Assembly (NCBI GenBank): GCA_964634365.1
Contig: CAZWJU010000002.1
Span: 103,150-167,149, forward strand
Source of the DNA: an uncultured Candidatus Saccharibacteria bacterium
GTDB taxonomy: Bacteria; Patescibacteriota; Minisyncoccia; Phycocordibacterales; UBA9973
Reading direction: 5' to 3'
DNA: 64,000 bases
Shown here: piece after piece, positions 17,727 through 26,925 of the stretch
Layout: each line of letters opens with the position of its first letter
How positions within the stretch are numbered: the stretch's first letter is position 1
Notes under the pieces: generated by a model
The model's input: only the letters and a program-made list of their open reading frames with translations
Told to the model about the DNA's origin: nothing
Database searches by the model: none
Position numbers and translations under genes: made by a program

Positions 17727-19553
17727 CTAACTAGAAGCTTCCTCCAAATCCTTTTTAGCCTTTTGTATAGCCAGAACCTGGGATGGATCAGAAGTTATAA
17801 TCTGGTCTTCGGTATATGAAGCAATAACCTTTATAGCTACGTGCTTCAATCCAGCAAAGAATATACCCTCTCCCACTCCACTCTCTAGGAGCAAATACTT
17901 TTCTTCATCGGTTAAGTTAAAAGTCTTCTGTAATACATCTATTGAACTAGGAGATTGTTTCAAGAGTAGCTGGATGGACGAGTTTGTAACAATCGGTAGT
18001 CCATATGGACTCTTCAAGAAGTCTCCTACGTCTTGAGTAATAGTCATCAATCCTAAATAGTATTTTCTTCCACGTTTTGCGATTGAGTACAGGAAAGATG
18101 CTGTGTCTTCACTTTTCATCATCCACCAAGCCTCGTCCACCACAAGCAATCTCTTGCGAAGATTCTTACGCACAGCGTTCCAGATATAGTGAGTAACTAT
18201 ATACATTGCTACAGGCTTAAGTTCGTCTTCCATATCGCGCACTGAAAACACCACAAACTTTTTGTTGATATCTACGTTTGAAGGTTGGTTCAAAAATCCT
18301 GCCCAGCTACCTCGAGTATATTTTTGCAACTTCTGAACTATAGACTCTGTGTTCTCCATACCAGAGAGAACCATTTCAAAGTCAGACAAAAGTGGTGGCT
18401 CAATATTTGAAAAGTCAGAATTTGCAGTGATATCTTTGATAGCATAAGTTTCAGTTATTGCTCTGTCGATAATCGCATCTTCTTCTGGAGTAAGACCTCC
18501 GAGCATTATACGGAAAAGACCTACTAGATTGATTGTGTTTGATCTTAGGACATCACTAGCGGTTTCATCTTCGCGAGGTATAGGTAAGTCAAAAGGGTTT
18601 ATGTGGTGGTCAGATGATAGAGATATATTGAAATATCTTCCCCCTACTGCTTCTGCCAAATATTCGTATTCACGCTCTGGGTCGATTACAATCACCTCTG
18701 TATCAAACATGAGTGTACGGATAAGCTCTAGTTTTGTTGCATAAGATTTACCAGAACCAGACTTAGCAAAAGTAATAGAGTTGTAGTTTTCTAGAGAAAA
18801 GCGATCAAATATAACTAGACTAGAATTGTGACGGTTCACGCCGTACAAAATCCCCTTGTCACTAGTTAGGTCAAAAGAAACAAACGGAAAAATACTAGAA
18901 AGAGGTTCGGAGTTTAATTTCTGATGAACACCGAGTAGGTCTGTACCTATTGGAATCACACTCTTGAAGCCTTCTTCTTGTTGAAATAGTGCTGGCTTTA
19001 GATACACGAGCTTAGCATCCAGGATTGATTTGATTTCATTTTCTAATTTGAAAAGTTCGTCTTCGTTGTCAGCGTACATGGTTATATACAAACCAACATC
19101 GAACATCTTTTCTTGGGCTTGTTGTAGACTATCGCGCAAAGACTCAAGATCTCTGTAAGCAGTATCAAGCATCGGATCACGCACAAGACCGCGACTCTCT
19201 CGCATATTTATCTGACTCTGCACTTCAGCAACCTTTTTCTGAAATTGACGCAATATAGTAGCTGTATCAATCGGATGCACGAAAAATGAAACGTCGAATA
19301 TTTTGTCTAGATTGATTATAGGAGCAAACCAGTTGTCTGTTAGATATCTTGGATAAGATATAACAAAGAAAGTTCTCGCTATTTTATCTCCCAGGTGCAA
19401 AGCTTTTGGTTCAATTTGAAGTGCTGAAGGTGCAATAACATCCTGAAGTTCGAGTGTTGCAGCTTCATATATCTCGCCTGGCAAAACAGGCAAAACTTGA
19501 TGTTCGTTCGCCTTCTTGCTTGATTTACCTAAAATTTTATCTAAAAGTCCCAT
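17727..19553 (-). CDS. virB4: VirB4/TraC/PrgJ-type conjugative ATPase, C-terminal ATPase portion
   Basis: Walker A FAKSGSGKSYATK, Walker B LLVVDEAWWMM, and TITQDVGDF. 608 aa. Confidence 0.75.
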   Translation of the reverse strand: MGLLDKILGKSSKKANEHQVLPVLPGEIYEAATLELQDVIAPSALQIEPKALHLGDKIARTFFVISYPRYLTDNWFAPIINLDKIFDVSFFVHPIDTATILRQFQKKVAEVQSQINMRESRGLVRDPMLDTAYRDLESLRDSLQQAQEKMFDVGLYITMYADNEDELFKLENEIKSILDAKLVYLKPALFQQEEGFKSVIPIGTDLLGVHQKLNSEPLSSIFPFVSFDLTSDKGILYGVNRHNSSLVIFDRFSLENYNSITFAKSGSGKSYATKLELIRTLMFDTEVIVIDPEREYEYLAEAVGGRYFNISLSSDHHINPFDLPIPREDETASDVLRSNTINLVGLFRIMLGGLTPEEDAIIDRAITETYAIKDITANSDFSNIEPPLLSDFEMVLSGMENTESIVQKLQKYTRGSWAGFLNQPSNVDINKKFVVFSVRDMEDELKPVAMYIVTHYIWNAVRKNLRKRLLVVDEAWWMMKSEDTASFLYSIAKRGRKYYLGLMTITQDVGDFLKSPYGLPIVTNSSIQLLLKQSPSSIDVLQKTFNLTDEEKYLLLESGVGEGIFFAGLKHVAIKVIASYTEDQIITSDPSQVLAIQKAKKDLEEASS

Positions 19554-19555
19554 AA

Positions 19556-20200
19556 TTATATTTTTATATTTTGTTCAGTCTCACCTGGGTTAAATACCTT
19601 ATAAAAAAGCTCTATAACCTCTTCGGTTCCAAGTTTTGTACTACGAACACCGCAACGATTTAAACCCTGCTGCACAACAGATATACGTTGTTCAAGCTGA
19701 GTTCTCTTTTCTTCGAATAGAGAGAGGGCGTCGTTTTTCTGGCTAACTTTGTCGCCGGCGCCAGTAAGGTCAGAAAAAGCTTTTGTTATACTACCCTGTT
19801 TTGATAGGGGCGCTGCAGAATAAGGTACTACTATAAAAAAGTTTTTGGTCATTATGTTAACTTGCTCTGTGAAAGATCTTATGAATTCTATGTATTCTTT
19901 TGTCTGCACCTTGAGCAGAGGCTCAACCTGATCCTTCATGCGATTTTCGAGAGTAAGCAGATACGGCTTTATATCCAGTCTTCGTGACTGGACGATGATC
20001 TGTGTTGAAAATTCTAGGGAGTTTAGAAATGTTTGAAATTGCATTATTATAGCCTGCTGTTCGTCACTTGATTTTAAAGATAGGTTTACAGAAGAAGCCA
20101 TGATCACAGCACGCAAACCTCCGTCTTTAAGCACAACAACACCATCCCGAACTTCTTTGATCGGTACGAATGATTGTGTTGAGCGTGCGTTGATTGCCAT
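19556..20200 (-). CDS. virB4: VirB4 N-terminal domain encoded as a separate ORF. Split or frameshifted VirB4.
   Basis: FVPIKEVRDGVVVLKDGGLRAVIMASSVNL..SDEQQAIIMQFQTFLNSLEFSTQIIVQSRRLD matches the N-terminus of Gram-positive VirB4 proteins. The stop TAA is 2 nt before the ATG of the ATPase ORF, in another frame. Confidence 0.65.
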   Translation of the reverse strand: MAINARSTQSFVPIKEVRDGVVVLKDGGLRAVIMASSVNLSLKSSDEQQAIIMQFQTFLNSLEFSTQIIVQSRRLDIKPYLLTLENRMKDQVEPLLKVQTKEYIEFIRSFTEQVNIMTKNFFIVVPYSAAPLSKQGSITKAFSDLTGAGDKVSQKNDALSLFEEKRTQLEQRISVVQQGLNRCGVRSTKLGTEEVIELFYKVFNPGETEQNIKI

Positions 20201-20222
20201 AGAGTTTAGTATATCAAATAGT

Positions 20223-20627
20223 TTACTTTTTAGAGTTCACATCGAGCACATCTAGACTCCAAGATATGTCTTTGAGCTTACTTTCTGATAATCTGGGTAC
20301 AATCGGTGCAGGGAGTACATCTTCACTCTTTTTAATTTCCTTTTTATTTGGATCTTTTTTCCAAATATACAATTTACCTTGAACGAGAAATCTGATATAG
20401 GATTCTAGTATTGCAATAAAAGGCTTGTTGTTGACTTTATAAAAAGTCAGAGCAAGAGAGAGACCTGCTATAGGAACAATAAGTAAAACCGCAAAGAAAA
20501 ATGGCAGTAATTTGTAAATAATAAAACAAATACCTGCTCCACCAGCTAGGTAGACAAATTGCTTGAAAGTAAAAGGTCCAAATATTTTGTCTTCAATATC
20601 AATAAATTGAGGGACACTAAATCGCAT
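20223..20627 (-). CDS. PrgI/TcpE-like small two-TM protein (VirB3 analogue)
   Basis: MRFSVPQFIDIEDKIFGPFTFKQFVYLAGGAGICFIIY fits the PrgI-family N-terminus. Two TM helices. Immediately upstream of VirB4. Confidence 0.6.
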   Translation of the reverse strand: MRFSVPQFIDIEDKIFGPFTFKQFVYLAGGAGICFIIYKLLPFFFAVLLIVPIAGLSLALTFYKVNNKPFIAILESYIRFLVQGKLYIWKKDPNKKEIKKSEDVLPAPIVPRLSESKLKDISWSLDVLDVNSKK

Positions 20628-20680
20628 ACAAGTATTATATCAGAACTTTTTAGGATTTTAGGCACATTATATACACAGCA

Positions 20681-20731
20681 AAAATCCCCTAGTCTACTTT
20701 ATGAAAAGTGAGCACAACGGGGATTTTTGCT
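20681..20731. terminator. Long-loop inverted repeat using the same arms as the terminator family (gcaaaaatcccc ... ggggatttttgc)
   Basis: 12-bp arms separated by a 29-nt loop, downstream of the 299-aa gene on the minus strand. Confidence 0.45.
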
Positions 20732-20742
20732 GTATTTTATTT

Positions 20743-21642
20743 TTAGATTGGCTCTCTATATGGATCGCCTTGAGTTTTCTTTTCTCCCAAACCAGGGACT
20801 GTGTAATTGCTTACCTCTTTTGGAATTTTAAAAGTTGCCTGTAACTTACTTCCTACTATACCTGCACTAGGAACCTCTGGTGTGGTAGAAACCCCTTTGG
20901 ATTGTGCAAGTTTTTGGATTGGTGAGATTGAGGTGTTGCCTATAACTGGTGTTTCTAATTTTTCTACAACCTTAGGTGCTGGTGGGACAATATTTGTCGG
21001 TACTTTTATTTTTTGTAGACCAGTGTCTTCTATTTTTCCTATAATTAGAGGTTTTACAACTTCTGGATTCTTTATAGAAGTCTCGCTTTTAGGAGGATTC
21101 TCAAGTGTTCTGAGTAGCTTGTCTCTATCTAGCCTCTTTGCATCTACATCTTCTAATGCTTCTCGGACTTGCTCTCCAGGGTCTTCTTCTATTTCTATAT
21201 CAGTACTACGAAGTATTGCGCTATCATTTTGCTCTTGTTTATTTGGAGTACTTGGAAAGTTCAACTTTATTGGGGTATTTTCTTTCACTGCTTCCTCGCT
21301 TTCCAAAACCTCTTCTGACTCAGGTTCGTACGAAAAGGCGATCATGGCTTGTCTATATGGAACAAAAATCTTTTTGTTTATCTCATCGACAATTTTTATA
21401 AGCACATCGTCTGGTAGGCCTGTAATAGATTTAACTGAGTCATAGAATTCACTAGCCTTCTCTAGGCCAATAAGTACAAATGTAACTTGTCCAGATATTT
21501 GAGACATTTTATCAAGTGACACTTGATGTGTTCCTGCAATACCTTGCATGACTTTATCAACAGAGACTATACTCATAGCTTTACGCCCTGCTTCACTCAT
21601 TGATTCAAATGCTTTATTTATTTGTTCAACTGTATATGCCAT
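20743..21642 (-). CDS. Hypothetical soluble protein within the T4SS-like cluster
   Basis: 299 aa with no TM. Acidic middle and Pro/Lys-rich tail. Confidence 0.5.
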   Translation of the reverse strand: MAYTVEQINKAFESMSEAGRKAMSIVSVDKVMQGIAGTHQVSLDKMSQISGQVTFVLIGLEKASEFYDSVKSITGLPDDVLIKIVDEINKKIFVPYRQAMIAFSYEPESEEVLESEEAVKENTPIKLNFPSTPNKQEQNDSAILRSTDIEIEEDPGEQVREALEDVDAKRLDRDKLLRTLENPPKSETSIKNPEVVKPLIIGKIEDTGLQKIKVPTNIVPPAPKVVEKLETPVIGNTSISPIQKLAQSKGVSTTPEVPSAGIVGSKLQATFKIPKEVSNYTVPGLGEKKTQGDPYREPI

Positions 21643-21647
21643 ATATT

Positions 21648-24600
21648 TTAACTAGATAATTTTTCTTGAGCTTCAGACTTATTGTTTTGTTGCTGAGCTT
21701 TATCGTTAAACAATGTCTTATAAGAAGCAATTTCTCCTTTCGTTTTATCATATTGCGACTTAACTTGTGCATATTGTTGAGCTGTTATAGTGCCGTCTGC
21801 AACATCTTTTTCTGCTTTTTTCAATTGTGCTTCGTATATAGCCAAGCTAGACTGACCTTCATTCATAGCGAATTCAACATGATCAAACGATACATCTGCA
21901 GCAGTAATTTGATTTCCTGCATTCGCTGGATCCAAATTCCAAGTATCTGCAATATCTTGTAAATGTTGGTCAATTTTCTTGAGCTCATAATTAGCCCGTG
22001 TAAGCTGATCTTCTGCTTTCTTTTTCTCTTTTCCACTAATAGGTTTATTTTCTTCACCAGCTTTTTTACGTGTATCGGTAGTAAATTGTTTTTCAGATCT
22101 AGACATATCAGTTCTAGCTTCAATATTTTGTGCCTTTCTCCATTCCACTTCATTGAATACTTGACCTTGTGCGAGAGCTTGTTCACGTGCTTCGTTTCGT
22201 TTTTGTGTGTATCCATTGCCATATTCAACTTCATTTGCCTGATCATGCAATCTCTCTGAATTAACCTCTTTTGCAGTTTTTTCTTTTGCTCTACCGTTGA
22301 TAGTTTGTACTTGTCCAGAAGCATCTGTGTATGTAGTAGAAGTTTGACCTCTTTCAAATCTCTTTCTGAAATCAACTTCATCAAGATTAGGATTTTGTTT
22401 TCTTTCTTCTTCAAGAGCCTTTTCAAGATCAGCCTTCCATGCACCTGCCTTTTTATCTTGCTGGTTAGCCTCATATCCTTTGAGCAAGTATGTATCTGCT
22501 TTATCTGATTTTTCTTTTGTTTTACGTTCGTTTGCACCTTTTGCTCCACCTTCAGAACTTAGATCAAAGCGACCTGTTCCTCCAACCATATTGCCAAGAT
22601 TTTGTGCAAATTTTGCACTACCCTTTGTATCCATATCCCAACCTGTATTTTTACCAAATGCAGCACCAGCCTTTGTCTTTCGAAAATCAAATGAACTTGC
22701 TGCACCGTAGTTTGCAAGAGCAAGTTTTCTCTGTGCACTTTTATCTCCTGCCGCAGCTGCTGCCTGAAGTTCTGGATTAGCTGCTTGTCTAGCTGCATAA
22801 GCACCAACAGTTCCTCGCATAGCAAGTGCTGCTCCGCCAGTTGCTGCTCCCACCGCAAAACCTCCGACTTTATTCATAACTGACATAGATTGTTGTCCAA
22901 TTTCCCCAGACAAATCTATCGCTAGTTTTTCTGCCTTCATAAGAAGTGTGTAGACAATTGCAAAAGGAAGTAACACATACAAAAGATTTGCTCCGGCAGA
23001 TGCAGTGTCAGATATAGCAAGAGTTTTTAAATCCAAAAACAAAACTATCAAATACAAAAAGAATAAAAATACCGGTGCCAGAAATGCAGTTTTAATAAGC
23101 TCGCTAGACCAGTTAGACCAACCAACATTTTTCCAACTCTTCATACCCGGGACTATCATAGATATGAAAGCCATAGGAGAAAAGATCATGGCAACCATCA
23201 GAGATATAACTCTACCAACAAACAAAATACCAATCTTCAGAAACATCATTATCAAGAGGACGTTCATTACGACAGCTACTAAAGTAACAATGATATACAT
23301 ACCGATATCATTGTTTGCGTCTATTTCACTCTTTGAAAAAAGTGTTTGTGGGTTAAACTGACTAACCAAAGCTCCTGAAATAGTTTTCTCGTCGCCAACA
23401 CCATCCCCTCCACCGACCGATATAGTACTGTACATCAAGTTGGCTAAGATATTTGAAGTATCGACAACTATTTTAGTAAAAAATAAACTGAAGTTTATAA
23501 GTAGAGCCACAACAACAAGTGTGCCGATCATCTTCTTTGCATCAACAGAAGGTAGTCTGAGAATCGTTCCTATGGCTATGTATAAGAGTATGAAAATAAA
23601 TACTATGTTTGATATATCGCGCACAAGTGACCAACCTTGTGATATAAATTCAGATTCACTATATGTAGAGCTCTGTATTGAAAAGTGCATAAACCAGTCC
23701 AAAAACATAGCTGCGAGCCCAGCCAAGAACGCTGTTGGTTTATAGAAAACATAATAAAGTAAGTTTGCAAAACATCCAGGAAAATTTATACCAGTTGGCA
23801 CACCAAGATCATTAAACCTTATACATTCTGGTCCATTATCTGAATTTTCTGTTGCTGTTGTGCCCGTAGAAACAAGCTCAACAGTATCTCCAGTTGTTGC
23901 AGATTCATCTACACCACTAGCATCAGTTGTAAATTTAATAAATTTACTATATCCAGTTTCAGTACCTCCTGCTGAATGAAAAGATATGCGAGCATAGTAG
24001 GTCTGACCTGGCTCTAATCCATTGTTTATTATCTTAATCTTTGTATCAGCCTGGGTTGTTGCTTCAAAATTTATAAATGGGTCTAATTTTGTCTTTAAAA
24101 ATCTATCTGACAAATCTGGGGCAAGCGGTGGCGTGTCAGTACCCTCAAGCGCACCTCCTCCTTCATTTGTCCCTGTACCAATTTCTAAAAACATACCTCG
24201 ATCAGAACCGTAAACCGCACCACTAAAACTCTCAAGTGGTATTCCATCATCTTTTGTATTATATATAGCAGCCCAAGAACCAATATCTTCTATGTCATCA
24301 CCTATTATTGTATTACCGTCTCTATCTGCAGCTGCATTTGTACCACCAGCCATAGTAAAGCCGAAATTTACATCAACCCAGTTTGAACCGACATCACTTA
24401 AAGAGAGTGTTACATTGTTTGTTATGAATAAATCTCTAGATCCCAAAAATTCAGTACCAAGCAAACCAGCAGTCTGCCCTTCGTAGAGACCAGTAGGCCA
24501 TTCATCATCTAATCCTGTAGAATTAGCATTTGCTGGAAATAGGTCAGTTAAATCATTTGGATCAAAATCTGCCAATACGGTCCCTTTTGGCAAAAACAAA

Positions 24601-24659
24601 AAGGAAAAAGAGCTCATCACTATAGCGAGGAGTAGTGTCGATGCGCAAATATTCTTCAT
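21648..24659 (-). CDS. VirB6/TrbL-like polytopic membrane protein with an N-terminal secreted FN3-like domain and a long C-terminal charged/coiled-coil tail. Start at the internal MKNICAS.
   Basis: Signal peptide. FN3-like GLEPGQTYYARISF. About 8 hydrophobic helices. C-terminal 400 aa Lys/Glu/Gln/Ala-rich. Confidence 0.55.
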   Translation of the reverse strand: MKNICASTLLLAIVMSSFSFLFLPKGTVLADFDPNDLTDLFPANANSTGLDDEWPTGLYEGQTAGLLGTEFLGSRDLFITNNVTLSLSDVGSNWVDVNFGFTMAGGTNAAADRDGNTIIGDDIEDIGSWAAIYNTKDDGIPLESFSGAVYGSDRGMFLEIGTGTNEGGGALEGTDTPPLAPDLSDRFLKTKLDPFINFEATTQADTKIKIINNGLEPGQTYYARISFHSAGGTETGYSKFIKFTTDASGVDESATTGDTVELVSTGTTATENSDNGPECIRFNDLGVPTGINFPGCFANLLYYVFYKPTAFLAGLAAMFLDWFMHFSIQSSTYSESEFISQGWSLVRDISNIVFIFILLYIAIGTILRLPSVDAKKMIGTLVVVALLINFSLFFTKIVVDTSNILANLMYSTISVGGGDGVGDEKTISGALVSQFNPQTLFSKSEIDANNDIGMYIIVTLVAVVMNVLLIMMFLKIGILFVGRVISLMVAMIFSPMAFISMIVPGMKSWKNVGWSNWSSELIKTAFLAPVFLFFLYLIVLFLDLKTLAISDTASAGANLLYVLLPFAIVYTLLMKAEKLAIDLSGEIGQQSMSVMNKVGGFAVGAATGGAALAMRGTVGAYAARQAANPELQAAAAAGDKSAQRKLALANYGAASSFDFRKTKAGAAFGKNTGWDMDTKGSAKFAQNLGNMVGGTGRFDLSSEGGAKGANERKTKEKSDKADTYLLKGYEANQQDKKAGAWKADLEKALEEERKQNPNLDEVDFRKRFERGQTSTTYTDASGQVQTINGRAKEKTAKEVNSERLHDQANEVEYGNGYTQKRNEAREQALAQGQVFNEVEWRKAQNIEARTDMSRSEKQFTTDTRKKAGEENKPISGKEKKKAEDQLTRANYELKKIDQHLQDIADTWNLDPANAGNQITAADVSFDHVEFAMNEGQSSLAIYEAQLKKAEKDVADGTITAQQYAQVKSQYDKTKGEIASYKTLFNDKAQQQNNKSEAQEKLSS

Positions 24660-24750
24660 TCTTTTTGATATTTTTTGCACAATAATATTGTACGTATATT
24701 GTACCACGCAAATACACAGTAAATACAACAAAAAAAGTGAATTTCTATAG

Positions 24751-24778
24751 AAAATCCCCCACTCGGGGGATTTTCTAA
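24751..24778. terminator. Terminator hairpin of the AAAATCCCC...GGGGATTTT family
   Basis: gaaaatccccc-actc-gggggattttc. Confidence 0.55.
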
Positions 24779-24786
24779 ACTATTTA

Positions 24787-26901
24787 CTAAAAAGAATCAC
24801 CTGTATAATCACTTATTGTACCTCTATACCAACTACTACAATCGAATTCAAATTTTTGATCTGTGTTATAACCTCTTGTCTGTGTATATAGAGTACCCCA
24901 TGATGTTTCCCAACCACAAAATAAAGTTTGTCTTATATCGTCAGTTGCAATATGCCAAGCATCTGAATACATAGGCGCTGCTGCAAAGTCTAATACTTCT
25001 GATTTACACTGGGAAAATAGAGATTCTGGATTAACTGGATCAAATATATCGTAATCTTCGTTTTGATATTGCTTGAGCTCCGCATCTGCGTCTGCGATCG
25101 TGTCCGGGCGACCAATTTGTGATTTTATCGAAGTATATTGTGATGCCAATTTATTTTTAAGCTCTATGTTTTCTGGAGAATCTTCTACTGATGGATCTAT
25201 AGGTTTTGGGTGAGCTATGATACTAGCTTTTATGCTTTGAAGTAGGCCTAGAGTTCTAATCTTAGAAGATATCTTTGCATCAAGCGCTCCAATATCATCG
25301 TTGTATTTTGAAATTCTATTTACTTGATCATATATAAGTGGAGCAGATGGAATATTTTTGATTGGAAAATTAACATCTTCAAAAGGAAGCCCCCCTGTGC
25401 AACTTGATATATCTGACTGCGCTATCGCAGGAGCATCGCGTTCAGTTCCTGCTGTAAGCGCCAATTTTATATTTGATATGAGCTGAGACATGAAACCATC
25501 GAAACATTTTATTTGATCTTGAGCTTCGTCTCCATTTTCAGAATTGTTGTCTGATTTATTTTGGATCTTTTTTGATTCAAGTAAATATTGTTCACGCATT
25601 CTGGTAGTAAATTTATAATCTGGACCTGGTAGGCACTGATCTAGCTCCATAGTTTTTTGAGGAAAATCTCTAAGAATTTCTTTTGTATCCATCAATAAAT
25701 CAAACTCTGCTTGAGTATCTTCTATAGAAGTTTCAAGTAATTCACTTGGCACGCCAGTTAGCACTCCGCCTATATATACAGGAGAGGCTTCTAGGTCTAC
25801 AGTATCAACTGTATTCCACACAAAAGTATCGCCACTTGATTGGAAAGCTGAGTTATTACCTGGACCACCAGCAGTAGGATCTTCTGGATCGGCAGTAGCT
25901 ATGTTGCCTATAAGTTCTGTAATACCATTTGTAATAAGACCTGCAGCCAAATTTGAAACAGCATCGAGAATCGGACTTCCAGAACTAGCATCAGTAATCG
26001 CCTTTTGTAAAGGAGCTTCGACTGTTTGTTGTAGTTGTGCTGCGATCAGTTTACCAGGGGTAACAGTTTCGTATCTTGCACAATCGTCACTAGCATCAAA
26101 CTCTATATCACTACCGAGACTTATACTTAGACTATTCAAATACTCTTCCATGTCCTCTCCTATTGGTGCAAGACCAGATGCATCTACACCGTCTTTGTAT
26201 TGAACACATTTTTTCATAGAAAGAAAACCTCCACTTTGAGTAAGTTCTGTTTTAGTAGTACCCTGGACAGAATCTATTCTGCTTTCCAATTCCTCCGCAG
26301 ACCTCAAATACGCACCAACTGGATTGTTGGCATCATTTTGTGTGTAATCCATCCAAGCATCCCAGCCACCAACATTAAAATCATCTTCAGTAAAATCTTG
26401 CCAATTAGGTCCAATAGTTTCATCGAGAGAAAAATTCAACTTACTTTTAAAAGTATCACTATTTCCAGAAACCTGATCGGTGATCAAGTTCATTGATATG
26501 TTTCTAGCATAAGGAAAAGCACTCTCATCTGCACTAATTTCATTTACAAAAGCTTCAACTTGTTCATCTGCTACACTTTTGAAAAAACTTTTCTCGTCTC
26601 TTACAAAAAATGGGTCGCCCTTGAATCCAGTTGAACCCCAGTTTATAACCTGCTGAGTCATATTGAGTGCTACTTGTGAACCAATCTTCTTTAGCATTTT
26701 ACCCAAGACTGACTCATTGAACTCTTTGACTGTTGTTGCAGCAGTTTGAGCTGATTTTATAGCATTACCAATATTTACGGGTAGATTTGCAAGGTCTATT
26801 GTAGGCAATCCTGTAGCTTTGGCCTGATTGACATTAAAAACAAAAATAAAAGCCAGAACAAGAATTATTTTGCCGATTGATTTTAGATTCTTAGATTTCA
26901 T
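24787..26901 (-). CDS. Large secreted hypothetical protein in the T4SS-like cluster
   Basis: Signal peptide MKSKNLKSIGKIILVLAFIFVFNVNQAKA. 704 aa. No recognisable catalytic motif. Confidence 0.55.
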   Translation of the reverse strand: MKSKNLKSIGKIILVLAFIFVFNVNQAKATGLPTIDLANLPVNIGNAIKSAQTAATTVKEFNESVLGKMLKKIGSQVALNMTQQVINWGSTGFKGDPFFVRDEKSFFKSVADEQVEAFVNEISADESAFPYARNISMNLITDQVSGNSDTFKSKLNFSLDETIGPNWQDFTEDDFNVGGWDAWMDYTQNDANNPVGAYLRSAEELESRIDSVQGTTKTELTQSGGFLSMKKCVQYKDGVDASGLAPIGEDMEEYLNSLSISLGSDIEFDASDDCARYETVTPGKLIAAQLQQTVEAPLQKAITDASSGSPILDAVSNLAAGLITNGITELIGNIATADPEDPTAGGPGNNSAFQSSGDTFVWNTVDTVDLEASPVYIGGVLTGVPSELLETSIEDTQAEFDLLMDTKEILRDFPQKTMELDQCLPGPDYKFTTRMREQYLLESKKIQNKSDNNSENGDEAQDQIKCFDGFMSQLISNIKLALTAGTERDAPAIAQSDISSCTGGLPFEDVNFPIKNIPSAPLIYDQVNRISKYNDDIGALDAKISSKIRTLGLLQSIKASIIAHPKPIDPSVEDSPENIELKNKLASQYTSIKSQIGRPDTIADADAELKQYQNEDYDIFDPVNPESLFSQCKSEVLDFAAAPMYSDAWHIATDDIRQTLFCGWETSWGTLYTQTRGYNTDQKFEFDCSSWYRGTISDYTGDSF

Positions 26902-26925
26902 AAATATATTCCAATTGTAACATGA

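Noticed and set aside
21863-22549. 228-aa and several other ORFs (21963-22259, 22305-22508, 22490-22780, 22559-22858) inside the VirB6-like gene
   Set aside because: They are alternative-frame or antisense readings of the Lys/Glu/Gln-rich, low-complexity C-terminal tail of the 1027-aa ORF. They have no independent start context or coding signal.
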